Below are positions 1-12,180 of a DNA stretch of 64,000 nt, piece by piece. How positions within the stretch are numbered: the stretch's first letter is position 1; every line of letters starts with the position of its first letter. The notes beneath the pieces are model-generated. The model did not search any database. It saw only the letters and a program-made list of their open reading frames with translations, and was not told the origin of the DNA. This DNA is from Octopus bimaculoides (Eukaryota): positions 568,720 through 632,719 of the forward strand of contig NC_068986.1 in assembly GCF_001194135.2 (NCBI RefSeq), written 5' to 3'. A program made the translations under genes and the position numbers.

Positions 1-51
1 ATATATGCATATATATATATATATGCATATATATATATATATATATATGCA

Positions 52-213
52 CGACAAGCTACTTTCACTTTCCATTTTCTAACTCCACTCACAAGGCGCT
101 GCGGTTGGCTTGGAGCTATAGTAGAAAATGCTTTCTCAAAATGCCACGCAGTGCGACTGAACCCGGATCCATATGGTTAGTACACAAACTTCTTGCCACA
201 CAGCTACGCCTGC
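52..213 (-). mobile_element. SINE family A, 5' part
   Basis: Matches the 5' half of the intact copies at 20961 and 47505. Confidence 0.8.
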
Positions 214-1319
214 ACTTTTTTATTATTATTTTTAATCTCCCGGTACGCATCTATGGTTGAAGCTTCTAATCGCTTTTATATTCTTATATAGGATATTCTC
301 GAAGTAATAGACCTATTTCTTTTTTTTTGTGTGCACCTTTTTAATGCTTTCTTTAATTTCTTTAATTCTGCGAAACACTTTCAATGGTAACATTGATAAT
401 TACAATAAAGCCGAGGGGAACTCAGGGGCGCGTTCTGCTTACTAAATATCAATACTGTAATATAGTAAATTGAAAAACTTCGATCATTTGAAATTATCCA
501 AGCAGTTAATAGACAAAAATCTTCCTTTAGTGCTGTTTGAAATCTAAAATGATAGCGAGTGGGGATAGCTCTACTAAAATGTATTGATCAAAATCTTTCG
601 GACAATATACACAATGTAGAATGGAATGGTTGCTTCTCAATGGTCATATTTTTTTTTTTTTTCTGTCGAATAATCCGATCTAACCAGAAAATTCTGAATC
701 ATGCATCTTCGAAATTCTGTCAGATATTTATTAACAAGCTTCCATTCTGTGAACAACGGTGATGTGAAATTTCTAGTCATGAAGAAGGAATAATTTCCAA
801 TTATAACAAACATGTTCACAACATTTTTATACTGAGTACTTTTATTTCTCGTTGATACACCAAACGTATAATTTCTAGAATTTTCCATGTATGCTGTCAC
901 ATAAAAGAAAATTATATATAATTTCGTACGAGCGAAGAAAGACTTTATTCGCTGATTCTTCTATAATTTGATTTTATTCGATCCAGCCCAAGTTTATCTC
1001 AGAAGCTCTCTTACTAATGTAGTATCTGTCTAGGCTAATAACCGGAAGCTTTTCCAAATCGACTGATTCTGTTTTAACATCTCGTTCTTTTATAATTTTT
1101 ATCTTTTATATTTCTTGATCTTATCTTCGTGCGTTATGCTTTATGGATTCAAATACACACACACAGACACACACACATACATACACACATACATACATTA
1201 TACATGTCTGTATACGGATTGATATGCATGTGTAAATACACTCATACGCGTGCGCATATATATATATATATATGCAATTGTGCGTGTGTACGTATGTATA
1301 TGTATATGTGTATCTGTAC

Positions 1320-1358
<39 letters not shown>

Positions 1359-1849
1359 ACATAATAACATATATGCAACGGAACAGGTATCTTTCCTTTT
1401 TGTTTTTGTCTTGTCGCACTCATTAATCGTATTTTCTTGCGTAATTATGAAATGAGGTTTGAGGTTTTAAGTGACTTTCAATAGATTTAATTGTAGATAT
1501 TGGGAATGACACAGTCTGCATAATTCTTCGAGACAGATTACTGTATAGTTACTCAAGCCAAAAGGAGTGCTTATATATATAGTTGCATGACCTGCTTGAC
1601 ATAACCGCTTAATTCTCCCTCAAATTATGCTCTACTGCATTTGAAAAGAGGTAAAATACTTTTGATAACATAATTCGTTGTACGCTATGCTTTATAAGAA
1701 GAATGCAAGATGGTCAAGGATGGCGCGACTTTCATTACAGGCCAGTGAGTAAAAGCTGACCGGAGGTTAAACATCAAACCAACACTAACAAACTATTTGC
1801 TCACCATCATTATTTTAGGTCAAATGTTGTGTGTGGTGCGGGGGGTGAA

Positions 1850-2482
1850 TCTATGGACCATAAGGAGATGCCTTGCCTCCCCGTCCACACGTGACTGCAG
1901 CCGTTCGGCATAAGCCCACAGGTCCAAAATGGTTCGACACTGCACGAGTGCGTGCAGAACGGTATCGTCGCTCTGACCACATCTCAGGCAAGTCGGTCCG
2001 GTGTCTCTCAAACCGTTCCTGTAGAGCTTATCCCGAACGGATAATGCTTCTCGATAGTACTGCCAGGCCAGGGATCTTTGATGATTGTCCATAGGTCCCG
2101 GCCCGAAAGTTGTCCTGAACAGGCGGGTCAGGTGTTCTTCGTCGACGCCCAGATTCTGTCCAAGAACGTCGTCGCACCTCCCCACCGCTAATCCTCTATA
2201 GAACGCCTTTGTTGTAATGAAGTCCCACACGTTTGGTCCCGGACGGCAGAGTTGCTTGGTAGCAACGCGACACTCACGGTGCCATTCGCCTAGCTTCGGT
2301 CTCTGTTTGATCCTCGACTGCAGTTCGGCCAAGGAGACGAGCTGCAGGAAGGTGCACTGCACAAACGGCGACCACACCTGTTCACCGTTGTCTATGAAGC
2401 GCCGGAGATGTCGCAGTCGCAGCGCATGTCTGCGCATCATCAACCACGGCATGCCTAGCCCTCCATTTAGCGGGTGTGATAG
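1850..2482 (-). mobile_element. L1/Tx1-clade LINE ORF2 C-terminal fragment
   Basis: GGLGMPW...SLAWQYYREALSVRDKL...TCLRCGQSDDTVLHALVQC (CX2C-X7-H-X4-C zf-RVT-type motif). Same family as 45668-46630. Confidence 0.85.
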
Positions 2483-2864
2483 ATACATACATACATACAT
2501 ACATACATAGCGTGGTGGAATGATAGAACCAGTAAATAGACGAATAAAATGCCTTGTAGTATTTAGTTACTGCTCTTTACGTTCCTGTTTCAAATACCAC
2601 CGACCGCGACTTATATTCTTTTAGGCAGCGAATTCGTGGATTTGATAGAGTGCAGAAAAGAATGCCTTCCGACTCTCTGTGTTCTACGTTCAAATCCTGC
2701 TGACGCGCCTTTCTTCCTTTCACAATTAAAAAATTCCCACCACATAAACAGTGGTTAGTTCTCTCTTTTTTCGCTCTATTTCTCTCTCTCTTTCTTTCTC
2801 TATTTTTCCCGCTTTCTCTTTGAGAGAAATCGATGGTACTTAGAGTTACAGGTAAAAGAGATTA

Positions 2865-3455
2865 ACTCTGACATGCGAGTTGCCTTGTAAGAAAGCACAA
2901 TAATGTGACGTTCACTAAACCAGGCAGTGGTTGTGTAGTGTTGCGTGAAGGTACTGAATCTTGCGCGAATCGAAATTCTCCATCTCCAAACAACTTGTCA
3001 GCTAGCGAAATTATGAAGTGCTCCAAGATCCTTTGGTAAACAGCTGCGTTGACTGTGACCCTAAGGGAACGCAATAGCCCAAAAGTCCGGCATGCGATAA
3101 GGTGACTCAAACCATCCCTGTATGCAGCAAGCTTACGCTGGACTTCAAACAGGTGGGATAGTAGAGTTTTGAGAGAGAGCTGGACAGGTATAGAATACTA
3201 ACCAAAGCAACATCTGCTTTGTTTTCCTGTCATTACTCAATGTGCTTCCTCGAACAGATAACTCACTTGACCTGAATTCTCTCGAGAATCTGTTGCATGG
3301 TTAAATCAAAGATGACCAACTTGTGTCCCAGCAATCAGAACTGAAGGATGCTATTGGAATCACCTAAGCTTCTATTACATCTAATGAAGTATTATAGACT
3401 GGTTTCTTCCCTGCCTCGACAGCCGCCGAGGCCAAAGAAGCTTCAACCAAGTAAA
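2865..3455. mobile_element. Tc1 transposase fossil: two fragments in opposite orientation (minus 2865-3165, plus about 3200-3455)
   Basis: Minus strand: PTCLKSSV...VNAAVYQRILEHFIISLADKLFGDGEFRFAQD. Plus strand: LDLNSLENL...ELKDAIGIT*ASIT...YRLVSSLPR...AKEASTK* (degenerate SPDLNPIENLW region and C-terminus). Confidence 0.72.
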
Positions 3456-5145
3456 GTCAGTCTATACCTTTCTTTTGATTTTTTTATCAACTTGCCCATT
3501 GAAGTCATAAATAGTAACTTATATCAACAAAATACTTGGAACAAATCTCTTTAGATTTACTGAATCTAATACAATACTAATTCCAATGTTCTGACTTACC
3601 TATCAATAAATATCCATCCATAATACTTTAAATTTTCGCGAAGCACATGTGTTTTGTTAACGGCTTATATAATGCTGTGGTGTTTTAAAAGAAAAACATT
3701 TCAAATCATTTAATTAATTTAATAATTAAAAATTTTCAAAGAACTATTTCTATTTATTGGGCATACACCTGAGCTTTATGGAGATAAAACATAAACAGAA
3801 AGAAAAAATGCACATATGTTGTTTATAACTTATCCAGACCAATATCCACTCCTGAGATTGTATACATGAAAATAATGAAAAACATTTTCCTCAAACGAAG
3901 TGAAAAATCAAAAACAAAAACGAAACATGAAAAGAGGAAAACGATTGTATAAATTGTTTCATCAGGAAATAATATAGTTTATGTATCTATTATTCACAGT
4001 TGCAAATATGTATATAAGTATAGTTTACTTAGTGTTAACATATTATATACAGGTAGTATAAAGTCAGCTTGAAAGAATTATGGGTTACGTAAACAAATTA
4101 TAATTATTGACTAATAATATATTTATTTTGTCAAGTAGGAGAAACAACTGTCGGATATGTTTCATTCTTATTATGGCCTCATCAGAGAAGCAAAGGCTTC
4201 GCCGTACTTACTGATCTAGTGATGACAGAATCATTAAGTAATTATACAGTAACGTACATAGAGTGGCATAGAAAACTAAGTAGGAAAAATAAAGCAATGG
4301 CTAAGTTGGTGCCGACGTGTTTAATAGAGTGGGAATTAATATGTGTGTAAAACATATCGTATATCTTGTATGATGTTTTATGTGTGTCTTATGTGTGTGT
4401 ATGTGTGTGTGTGTGTGTGTGTGTTTTGTATGTGCTTGTGTGTATGTATTTATATTCTCACCTATGGTGAAGATACTGAAGAGAAATAATAATCAAGATG
4501 ATGATTACTTTCATGTCATATTAAGAATGGATAGAATGAGAAGGCGAAGTGATATATGAGTAATAATATCAAATAGTTTTCTATGTGATTCAGTATAAAT
4601 GCAGACATCCGTAAATATAAGTGGAAATACGAGTATCGACAATGTCGGTGAGGAAATATATGTGTGTGTACGTGTGTGTGTGAATTTAAAATTACATTAA
4701 ACATAACTCTTGACACGTGATAGGAAATAAAAAGAAACAATTATTTTTTTAAACACCAAGTGTAAATTCTGTTGTCTAAATATAATGTTTACCAAACCGG
4801 AATCAACAATTTTATATTTTTTTTAGTTTTGTTTTATTTCGATTGTTTCGTATATTTATCTCATAAATTAAAGATATCTCCATCCATAATAACTATAAGC
4901 TTGTATCACTCGGCATTAAATTCCGCACAAGCAATGAAAGACGTCGAGAAAAAAAATATGCGGTGATGTGTGTGAAATATATTTTAGGGGTAAAACCAAA
5001 GAGGCAACGGGACACTAAGTAATTCTTAGGGTCAGTATTGAACTCAGATTTATTAAACATTAAGTTCATGGGAGTGAGCACGTCTTTATATTTCATTGCT
5101 TAATCGGGTAAACACCTAGTTCAACAGCCAAACGTATGTATGTGT

Positions 5146-5202
<57 letters not shown>

Positions 5203-5415
5203 ATTATTATTATTATTACAATACAATAATATTATTCTCCAGTGAAATAAAGCACCGCAGAGATAGAATTATAAATAGGAAATAGTGGCACAACAAGATA
5301 CCAATTTTTGCTGGAAATAGTAGTTCGACGCTAGGTAAAGCTTCACTGAATATACAGAGGCAAAGATGTGTGCCAGATGTGTGCCAGAGAAATGAACAAC
5401 CTAGTACTCAAGTTT

Positions 5416-5600
5416 CGGACTTTACAGAATACGTTTGTTATCGTAAAAATGGTCCTCGTCAACTAGGTCCACCGAGGAGACTTAATTTAAAATATCTGCT
5501 ACACCAATGCCTATGTACTCGGCCAATAGTACCAGCCATAAATAGAACCGAGATCAGGACCAATCAGTTTTACGATAACAAACGTATTCTGAAAAGTCCG
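5416..5600. mobile_element. MITE-like element with 33-bp terminal inverted repeats
   Basis: CGGACTTTACAGAATACGTTTGTTATCGTAAAA at 5416 and its reverse complement (1 mismatch) ending at 5600. No clear TSD. Confidence 0.7.
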
Positions 5601-6242
5601 TGCGTACATTTATACATTTATACAAGTATATATATGTACATATATGCATGTGCGTGTGTGTATGTGTGCATATATGTATATGTATATACATATATATATA
5701 TACATATATGCATATGCAATTATGCAGTGCGATTTAAGCTGAAATTGCATGACAAACAAGTAATATTTAGAAATCTATGCTCGTTCATAAAACTAAAGAG
5801 AAGAGCAAGTATTACAAGTTTGCCTTGCTTGGTCTCCACATTTAGAAAGATAACAGAATACATATAGATAGAGCAAAACAAAGCAGATTTTGTTCATGAT
5901 TTACATCTTACAAGTATTTCATTAATAATGAAAAATAATCTTATATAAAGAAAACCTTATAAGCAGATTACTTTATCAGTTCAGTGATAGTGTAAAACTC
6001 TTTAGCAACTTTTAAGATGCTTACTGGACTGTTCGCAGTCTTTTCATATTGAAAACCATAGATGTTATACGCTAAAACTAGAACAAGAATTTTCATAAAT
6101 AGGTAGTATACGGGGAAAAGAATTATCACAGTTGATAAGGAATTAATTCTGTCGTCAATGTGACCATCTGAAGAATCCATCGTGTAGCAAATCTTCGAAG
6201 TTATTGTCACTCTTTTCCTTGGAAAAGTATATATGTGTGTGA

Positions 6243-6283
<41 letters not shown>

Positions 6284-6489
6284 GTTGTGTCAGCTTAAGG
6301 CTGTGACCATACTGAGGCACCGCTATCATACGTATAAATATTGTGTATGTGTGTGCGCGCACGAGCGTGTGTGTGTGTGTGCATTTTAAAATACCTTGGG
6401 TGAAAAATCATCAGGGTGTACAAAAGGACAATACAAGGATTACAATATGATCCGCTGAAATACTCCAATATACACACACTCGAGGGAAT

Positions 6490-6685
6490 GGCTTCAAGGG
6501 TGTGCCGAAAGGCTTGTTGGAGGCCCAACCTTCCGAGTTCTTTTACAGGACATTGAAAAATTGAAGGACCGCTGCAATAAATGTGTGAATTTGAGAGGAG
6601 AATATGTCGAATAAAACCATAATGAATTGATCCTCCTGTATTTTTTTTTACCCAAAGCAAAGCACTTTTCAGCACTCGTTCGTGT
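6490..6685 (+). mobile_element. Mariner transposase 3' end
   Basis: Eroded mariner-type C-terminus ending IEKLKDRCNKCVNLRGEYVE*, followed by a TIR-like cacttttcagcactcgttcgtgta. Confidence 0.7.
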
Positions 6686-6840
6686 ATGTGCGAACCTGTG
6701 GTGCATATTGTGTACATACGTACCCGTGTATAAGTGTGTATCAGTTTGTTTTATGTTTTTAATCAACTTGCAGACCAACGTCTGATATGTTTTCTAACAC
6801 AATAGCTGCAGACATTAAAACTGCAGAAGAGCAGATCCCC

Positions 6841-6981
6841 CTATTCCCACACTCCTTTCTCCTCCCCCCCTTTCACTCCCTTTCTTTATTTCTCGATCTC
6901 TCTCTCCTTCTCTCCCTTTCTTTATTTTTCTTTATTTCGTTCTTCTTTTTTGCCTCCCTTCCTCCCTCTCCTCGCCTTTCC

Positions 6982-7017
<36 letters not shown>

Positions 7018-7160
7018 GTCTCTCATCGCTACCTCTGTCTCGGTATTTCTCTCTATTTCTCTCTCCCACTCTCACCCTCTTCCCTCTCTCTCTCACCCTC
7101 TCCCTCACTTCCTTTCTTCTTCTTCCCTCTCTCTCTCTCTCCTCCCCCTTCTCCACCTAT
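6841..7160 (+). repeat. Polypyrimidine (CT-rich) low-complexity tract
   Basis: About 320 nt, nearly all C/T. Source of the ORFs at 6787, 6932 and 6950. Confidence 0.9.
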
Positions 7161-9039
7161 TCAACACCTATTGTAATAGGTTCATCGTTATTTTAAGTGC
7201 AACGTATTCTTCATCAACGACTTTATATTTCCGTATATAATAAGATTTATCTGTGACCGAACAATTCTAATCCTTCAGGTCTGAAAATCAAAAGGATCCG
7301 AACACAAAAATACCCGAAGCATTGGACAGTGGAAAGGCTGGCGGTTGATGAATCAGACGATAGACTGATCGGATCAACTAATCACTGTTTTATAGAATTA
7401 AGATATGCTTTGTTAATTTCGTGCGTTTCTATTTAACACACAGAAACGTCAGGAAGAGAATACATAATGAACTCTGAACATCAGGTAATCGTTAAACGTG
7501 AAATTCGTTTCAAATAGTCTGCCTTAAGCGCACAAATTCATGAGACCGAAGCTCGTCCGAATGTGCAATATGTTTAGGCTGAGAATAGAAGACTCCCGCT
7601 TCTCAAGACTGGATGCGATGGTGGTGTGTCGCAGAGTTAAATTGCAAATTCCACTACTAGTACTCGTTTTCGTCTGAGTGTATTGAAAACACGGGATTAA
7701 AGTACTTTATTAAAGGACACGACAGGCTGCCCGATCCGAAAATCGTACCTCTGACTCGACGATCATCAGACCAGAACCTTAACCACTTGGCTATGCGCCG
7801 TCTCTTTCCTTGTATTCAGATGATTTTCTATCACATTTTGTAATATTTTCAAGATATACTCATGTTGTCTTAAAATAGATATTCTTCAGTATTGTCACAA
7901 GTTATTTTCTCTCTTTTAATTATGTGCTTATTCAGTGATTGCCAATGTCTGTATCCTGACACTTTCATTCCATTTCGATTATTACACAATACACATCTAT
8001 CTGCTAAAATTAATTGTACCTCAATTTGTATTACTTTTTAACATAAGCCTCACATTTAAGAAATGTGTTTAATTTATCAAATCGAATTTCGTATTTGATT
8101 AAGATACTTATTCCATCGACCCTGGAAAAAAAAAAGTAAAGTCTACACGGATGAGAATTTGAGCTTGGATTGAGTTATCTAAGCGCAAGAAGGAATTTTG
8201 TCAGGCCCACTAACGCTTCTGCCAACCATCTAGCCTTCTCCGGATTCTTAACTGTAGCTAATTAACTTGAACATAGCAAAAATGTAACTATTTCATTTCA
8301 TGATGGCCTTTATTTACTTCAAATACAAGGGTGAATTATGGCCGAATCGGATTGGTTAGATTTTTTTTGTTGGGAAAAAGATATTTTCTTTTCTTTTTTG
8401 TCGTTTGTTCTTGTTTGGTTCTTTTCTTTTTTCTTTTTTTGATATATTGAAGCTGTTGTTTTCGCTGCTTCTGATAATGGTAACGATGTCGTTGTTGTTG
8501 CTGGTGGTGATGGTTTCTTTAACCTCAGATCAGCCCTGATTAACAAGACATGATCAAATACGTTCAGCTTGTAATCACCTCGTCTTTGTTTAAGTTATAG
8601 TGTACTTAGAGTTACATTATCCCGGGTACACAAGTCCTCTTTTAAAACAGTCGGATGTGTGATTTGAAAGAAGGACTTGGCTGACATTTCTAGTTGGTCG
8701 AGCAATGACCTAGAATCCTCCCTTTTTACCTTGGTTAATATTTTAAAGTTAAACACGGCGTTTGATTGTGAGTTATCTTCAATTTAAGCATTTTTTACTA
8801 TTCCATTTGCTAACAATTAACTATTATCCTTAAGAATAAACTGATAGTTAACCATACATCATCATCATCCCTATAATAAAATCGTTTAACTGTTTTTTAT
8901 GTCACTGTTTTATTCCTATAACCATTATGACCATCTGTAGGAGCCCTGGGTTCTGCAAATAAATTCTGGTGTCCTATTAAATATGGTATCATTTCCTATA
9001 AAATTTAAGGCAAATTATTTATTAAAAAGAATTGGTATC

Positions 9040-9400
9040 CACCATCTTTGAAGTAATGTTATTCCATCCATCCATTTTCTCTGCTCATTATTCTTTAAAG
9101 GGTCGTATGGGTAGAGTCCTCAGGTACCGCCTTTATAGGGTGGACATTCTCAGACATGACCAACTCAGACCATGGATATTATCCAACCATCTCGTTCTTG
9201 ATATATCTCTAGGTCTCCTGCCGGTTGACTCGGTTTGAAGAATCCGTTTTGGGATTCTTTCTTGCGACATTCTAATCACATGTCAATAACATCGGAACTG
9301 ACAGCTCAATACGAAGTTATTGTTTGAAATTGCCTTTTTATTAATGAATTCTCTCTCTAAAACAATTTTTGTTTCATTTAATGTCTTGCGAAAACTGGAG
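9040..9400 (-). mobile_element. RTE-like LINE 3' fragment
   Basis: Eroded ...SRTRWLDNIHGLSWSCLR... ending in an (ATGG)-like tail. Confidence 0.5.
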
Positions 9401-11884
9401 GAGTAGTTGTCTGTAAAATACAGGCATGATTTCTAAGACTGATGGCGAAATTGTATAACGTTCCACAACAATAATTTGGGAACTACCAGCCTAGACGACC
9501 GGAATTGTCTCTGAATTTAGTAATACTTCTCGTCCATAAAATCTGTCCTCATACCCGAGAAAATATCATTAAAAAAAGGATTCGTTTGACTGGAAATTTT
9601 CCAAAGATCTTCATGTTGTTCTGCTAAGTTGTAAAAATGTACTTAAAACAATGTTTCTTAGATTTTTCACCTCTAAACATCATTTCGTTTTTATTAATTC
9701 AATAAATTAAAGATTCTTTAGCATTAAGACGTAATAACGATTAATGGTATTAGCAAAGAGCCACTCATATTCGGAGAAGTGTATCGTTCTCAGCATTCAT
9801 CCCTATTCTTGACTGCTACGATATTTTATCAAACAGAGACAGCTGAAAGACAAATTTGGTTTCAGTGGGATTTGAACTCAGGACTTAAAGGGTCGTAACT
9901 AAACGCCACAAGGCATTTTAATCAATTCTATGATAATTTTGCTCATCATTGCTTCAAGTAATTAAATCAAATTAAAATGTGAATATGCCACATTATATGG
10001 CTGTGGTAGATTAGTTTTCATGTTCTATGTGTATTATCTAAAAGGAAATACATATCTGAAGAGATATGCTAATAGTTGTGTTTTCAAGGATAATTAGATA
10101 GCAACTGAAAGAGTATCACAGTTGACAATGTGATCATACTGTGGAATATGCCAGAATGTACAGATGGGTAGATCAAAGTTAATCTACTGGATATTATTTT
10201 AAAGAACAACTAGGAAAGAAAATGTTTTTTGATCCAAAGACAAAAATATGATTCTAAACACGAAAAGAAATTGAGGAGTTCTTTAAATATAAAATCTGGA
10301 AATAGAGATAGCGATGAATTGAAAACAGAAATATTGCGTTTAATAAGAGGTGGTGCATTAGGAATGATTAGCAAAAACGCCAAAGAATACATAATGAAAT
10401 TCTCATGACTTACGCATATACTCAGCACAGTAAGCACTACGTACATTTTAATTAGGGAACCTGCAATACGAAAGAAAACTCAATGAAAAACGAAACCCAA
10501 CACATGACCAAGGCACCCGAGCAGTGAAAGCATTCAACCAAAATAAGGCTACTAAAAATATTTTTTCTCATTTAGGATCAAAGATAGCAATTTTGAGAGG
10601 TGGGGTTAGTCGGTACCATCGGCGCCAGTACTTGGTTGGTAGTTTACTTTGTCACCCCCAGAGAGATGAAAGGTAACGTTATCAGGATTTGAAATCAGAA
10701 AGTTAGGATCCAGAACAGGGCTGCCAAGCATTTTTTTTTTCTCTAACGCTCCTACCAGCTCACCTCGTTAATTATATACTTCCAGATTATTCCAAAAGTG
10801 ACACATCAACTTATCACAGAAATTGATAGTGTTCTGTTCCTATATGATATGAAAAGAAAAATGAGATGTTAATCTGAATGTTTATTCATTATTCAATTAA
10901 GATTTATTTTTATTGCTTATCAAGAAACTGCAGTTAAAATTTCTTTCACCGAAATATAATTTCATATAAATGCAGATTTATACGTAAGATTAGGCAACGG
11001 CTTTATCTACTGAATGCGCGAAAGGTGACAGTAGTTAGTTGAAGCTGGAAGAATAGAATTAAGAGATAGTTAACGATTTTACGTTAAAGAGATGGGCGAA
11101 ATAGATTAAGATACTGAGAGTAAAAGATAACGAGATTTTTTTTTATATATTTTTCAACAACTGACTCATTTTGAAGTTTTGCATGTTCATCTACTACAAA
11201 GAAATAAAACAATTTCATGAATACTAAACCTAATTTGCTATTACTGCTTTATTATACATTAAGATATTCGGATATGCATCCTCATTTTGGGGGTTGTTAT
11301 AGTCACAATATTTCGAGCATTGTACTCGCCGAAGATCTTCATCTACTTACCATATACAATAATATTCTTGCAATTTCTAACCAAAGCTTTCATTAAACTC
11401 ACAAGGGTAGTGTTAATTTCTGCGAGATTATAACTCAAAACGGAAAGTGGTCGTTTAAAGTCATTTTTTCCAACCTTCTAACGATTCTACCAACTCATCC
11501 CTTTTATAGTTTCTGGTTTAGATACAAAGCCAACAATTTTTAGGATGAAGCCGATCACAATAACCCCAGTACTTCACTGATACTTTATTTTATCGAAACC
11601 AGAGAAGTGAAAGGCTTAGTTCATCACGGAAGAATTTGAACTTAAGCAAATACTACCTTTTTTCTGGTTCTCTAATGGTTTTGCCATGCCATCGACTTGC
11701 AGAATAACGATAATTCTCATTTCAGAAATTCAAAGAAAACTTATGGCTGCTAGTTAGATATCTGGCCATAACGAACTGTTTGTTATAAACCAACTTATGT
11801 CTACTGGTGTGATATATTATAATTATGTATATCACAATTCAGTTGATTGTTACTGATCAAAGCATTTGTTATTGATCAAAACGT

Positions 11885-12180
11885 TTCACTTACAAAACAT
11901 TTCTGACATAAAAGCCAATCACTGGTTGATGAGTCTGACACCTCCCACGCACAGAATGTTCCTGGCATATAGATTTGTCATTGGTTGGTAGAAAATCTTT
12001 CTGACAAACAGGTTCATCACTGGCTGGTTATGTTTGACACCGCCCACTTAAAAACTTTTCTGACATATAGCTTCCTCAATCTTTGAGAGTGTTTACGCCT
12101 CTCACATATGAAATGTCTTTGTCAAGCAATTTCCTCATTGGGTCATTGAAACAGTTGACATCCACCATTCACTTACTTCA
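11885..12180. repeat. Degenerate tandem array with units of about 58 bp
   Basis: Repeated tttctgaca....tcactgg.tg.....tgacacc.cccac, about 5 eroded units. Confidence 0.55.

Noticed and set aside
1121-1423. YI/HT/CV/SL-repeat ORFs here and at 16348, 17331, 23669, 27528-28131, 30800 and 31590
   Set aside because: Translations of dinucleotide microsatellites.
6025-6217. Minus-strand 193-nt open segment with AG/GT borders and a hydrophobic stretch
   Set aside because: No recognisable homology, the acceptor derives from an (AT)n tract, and no partner exons were found.
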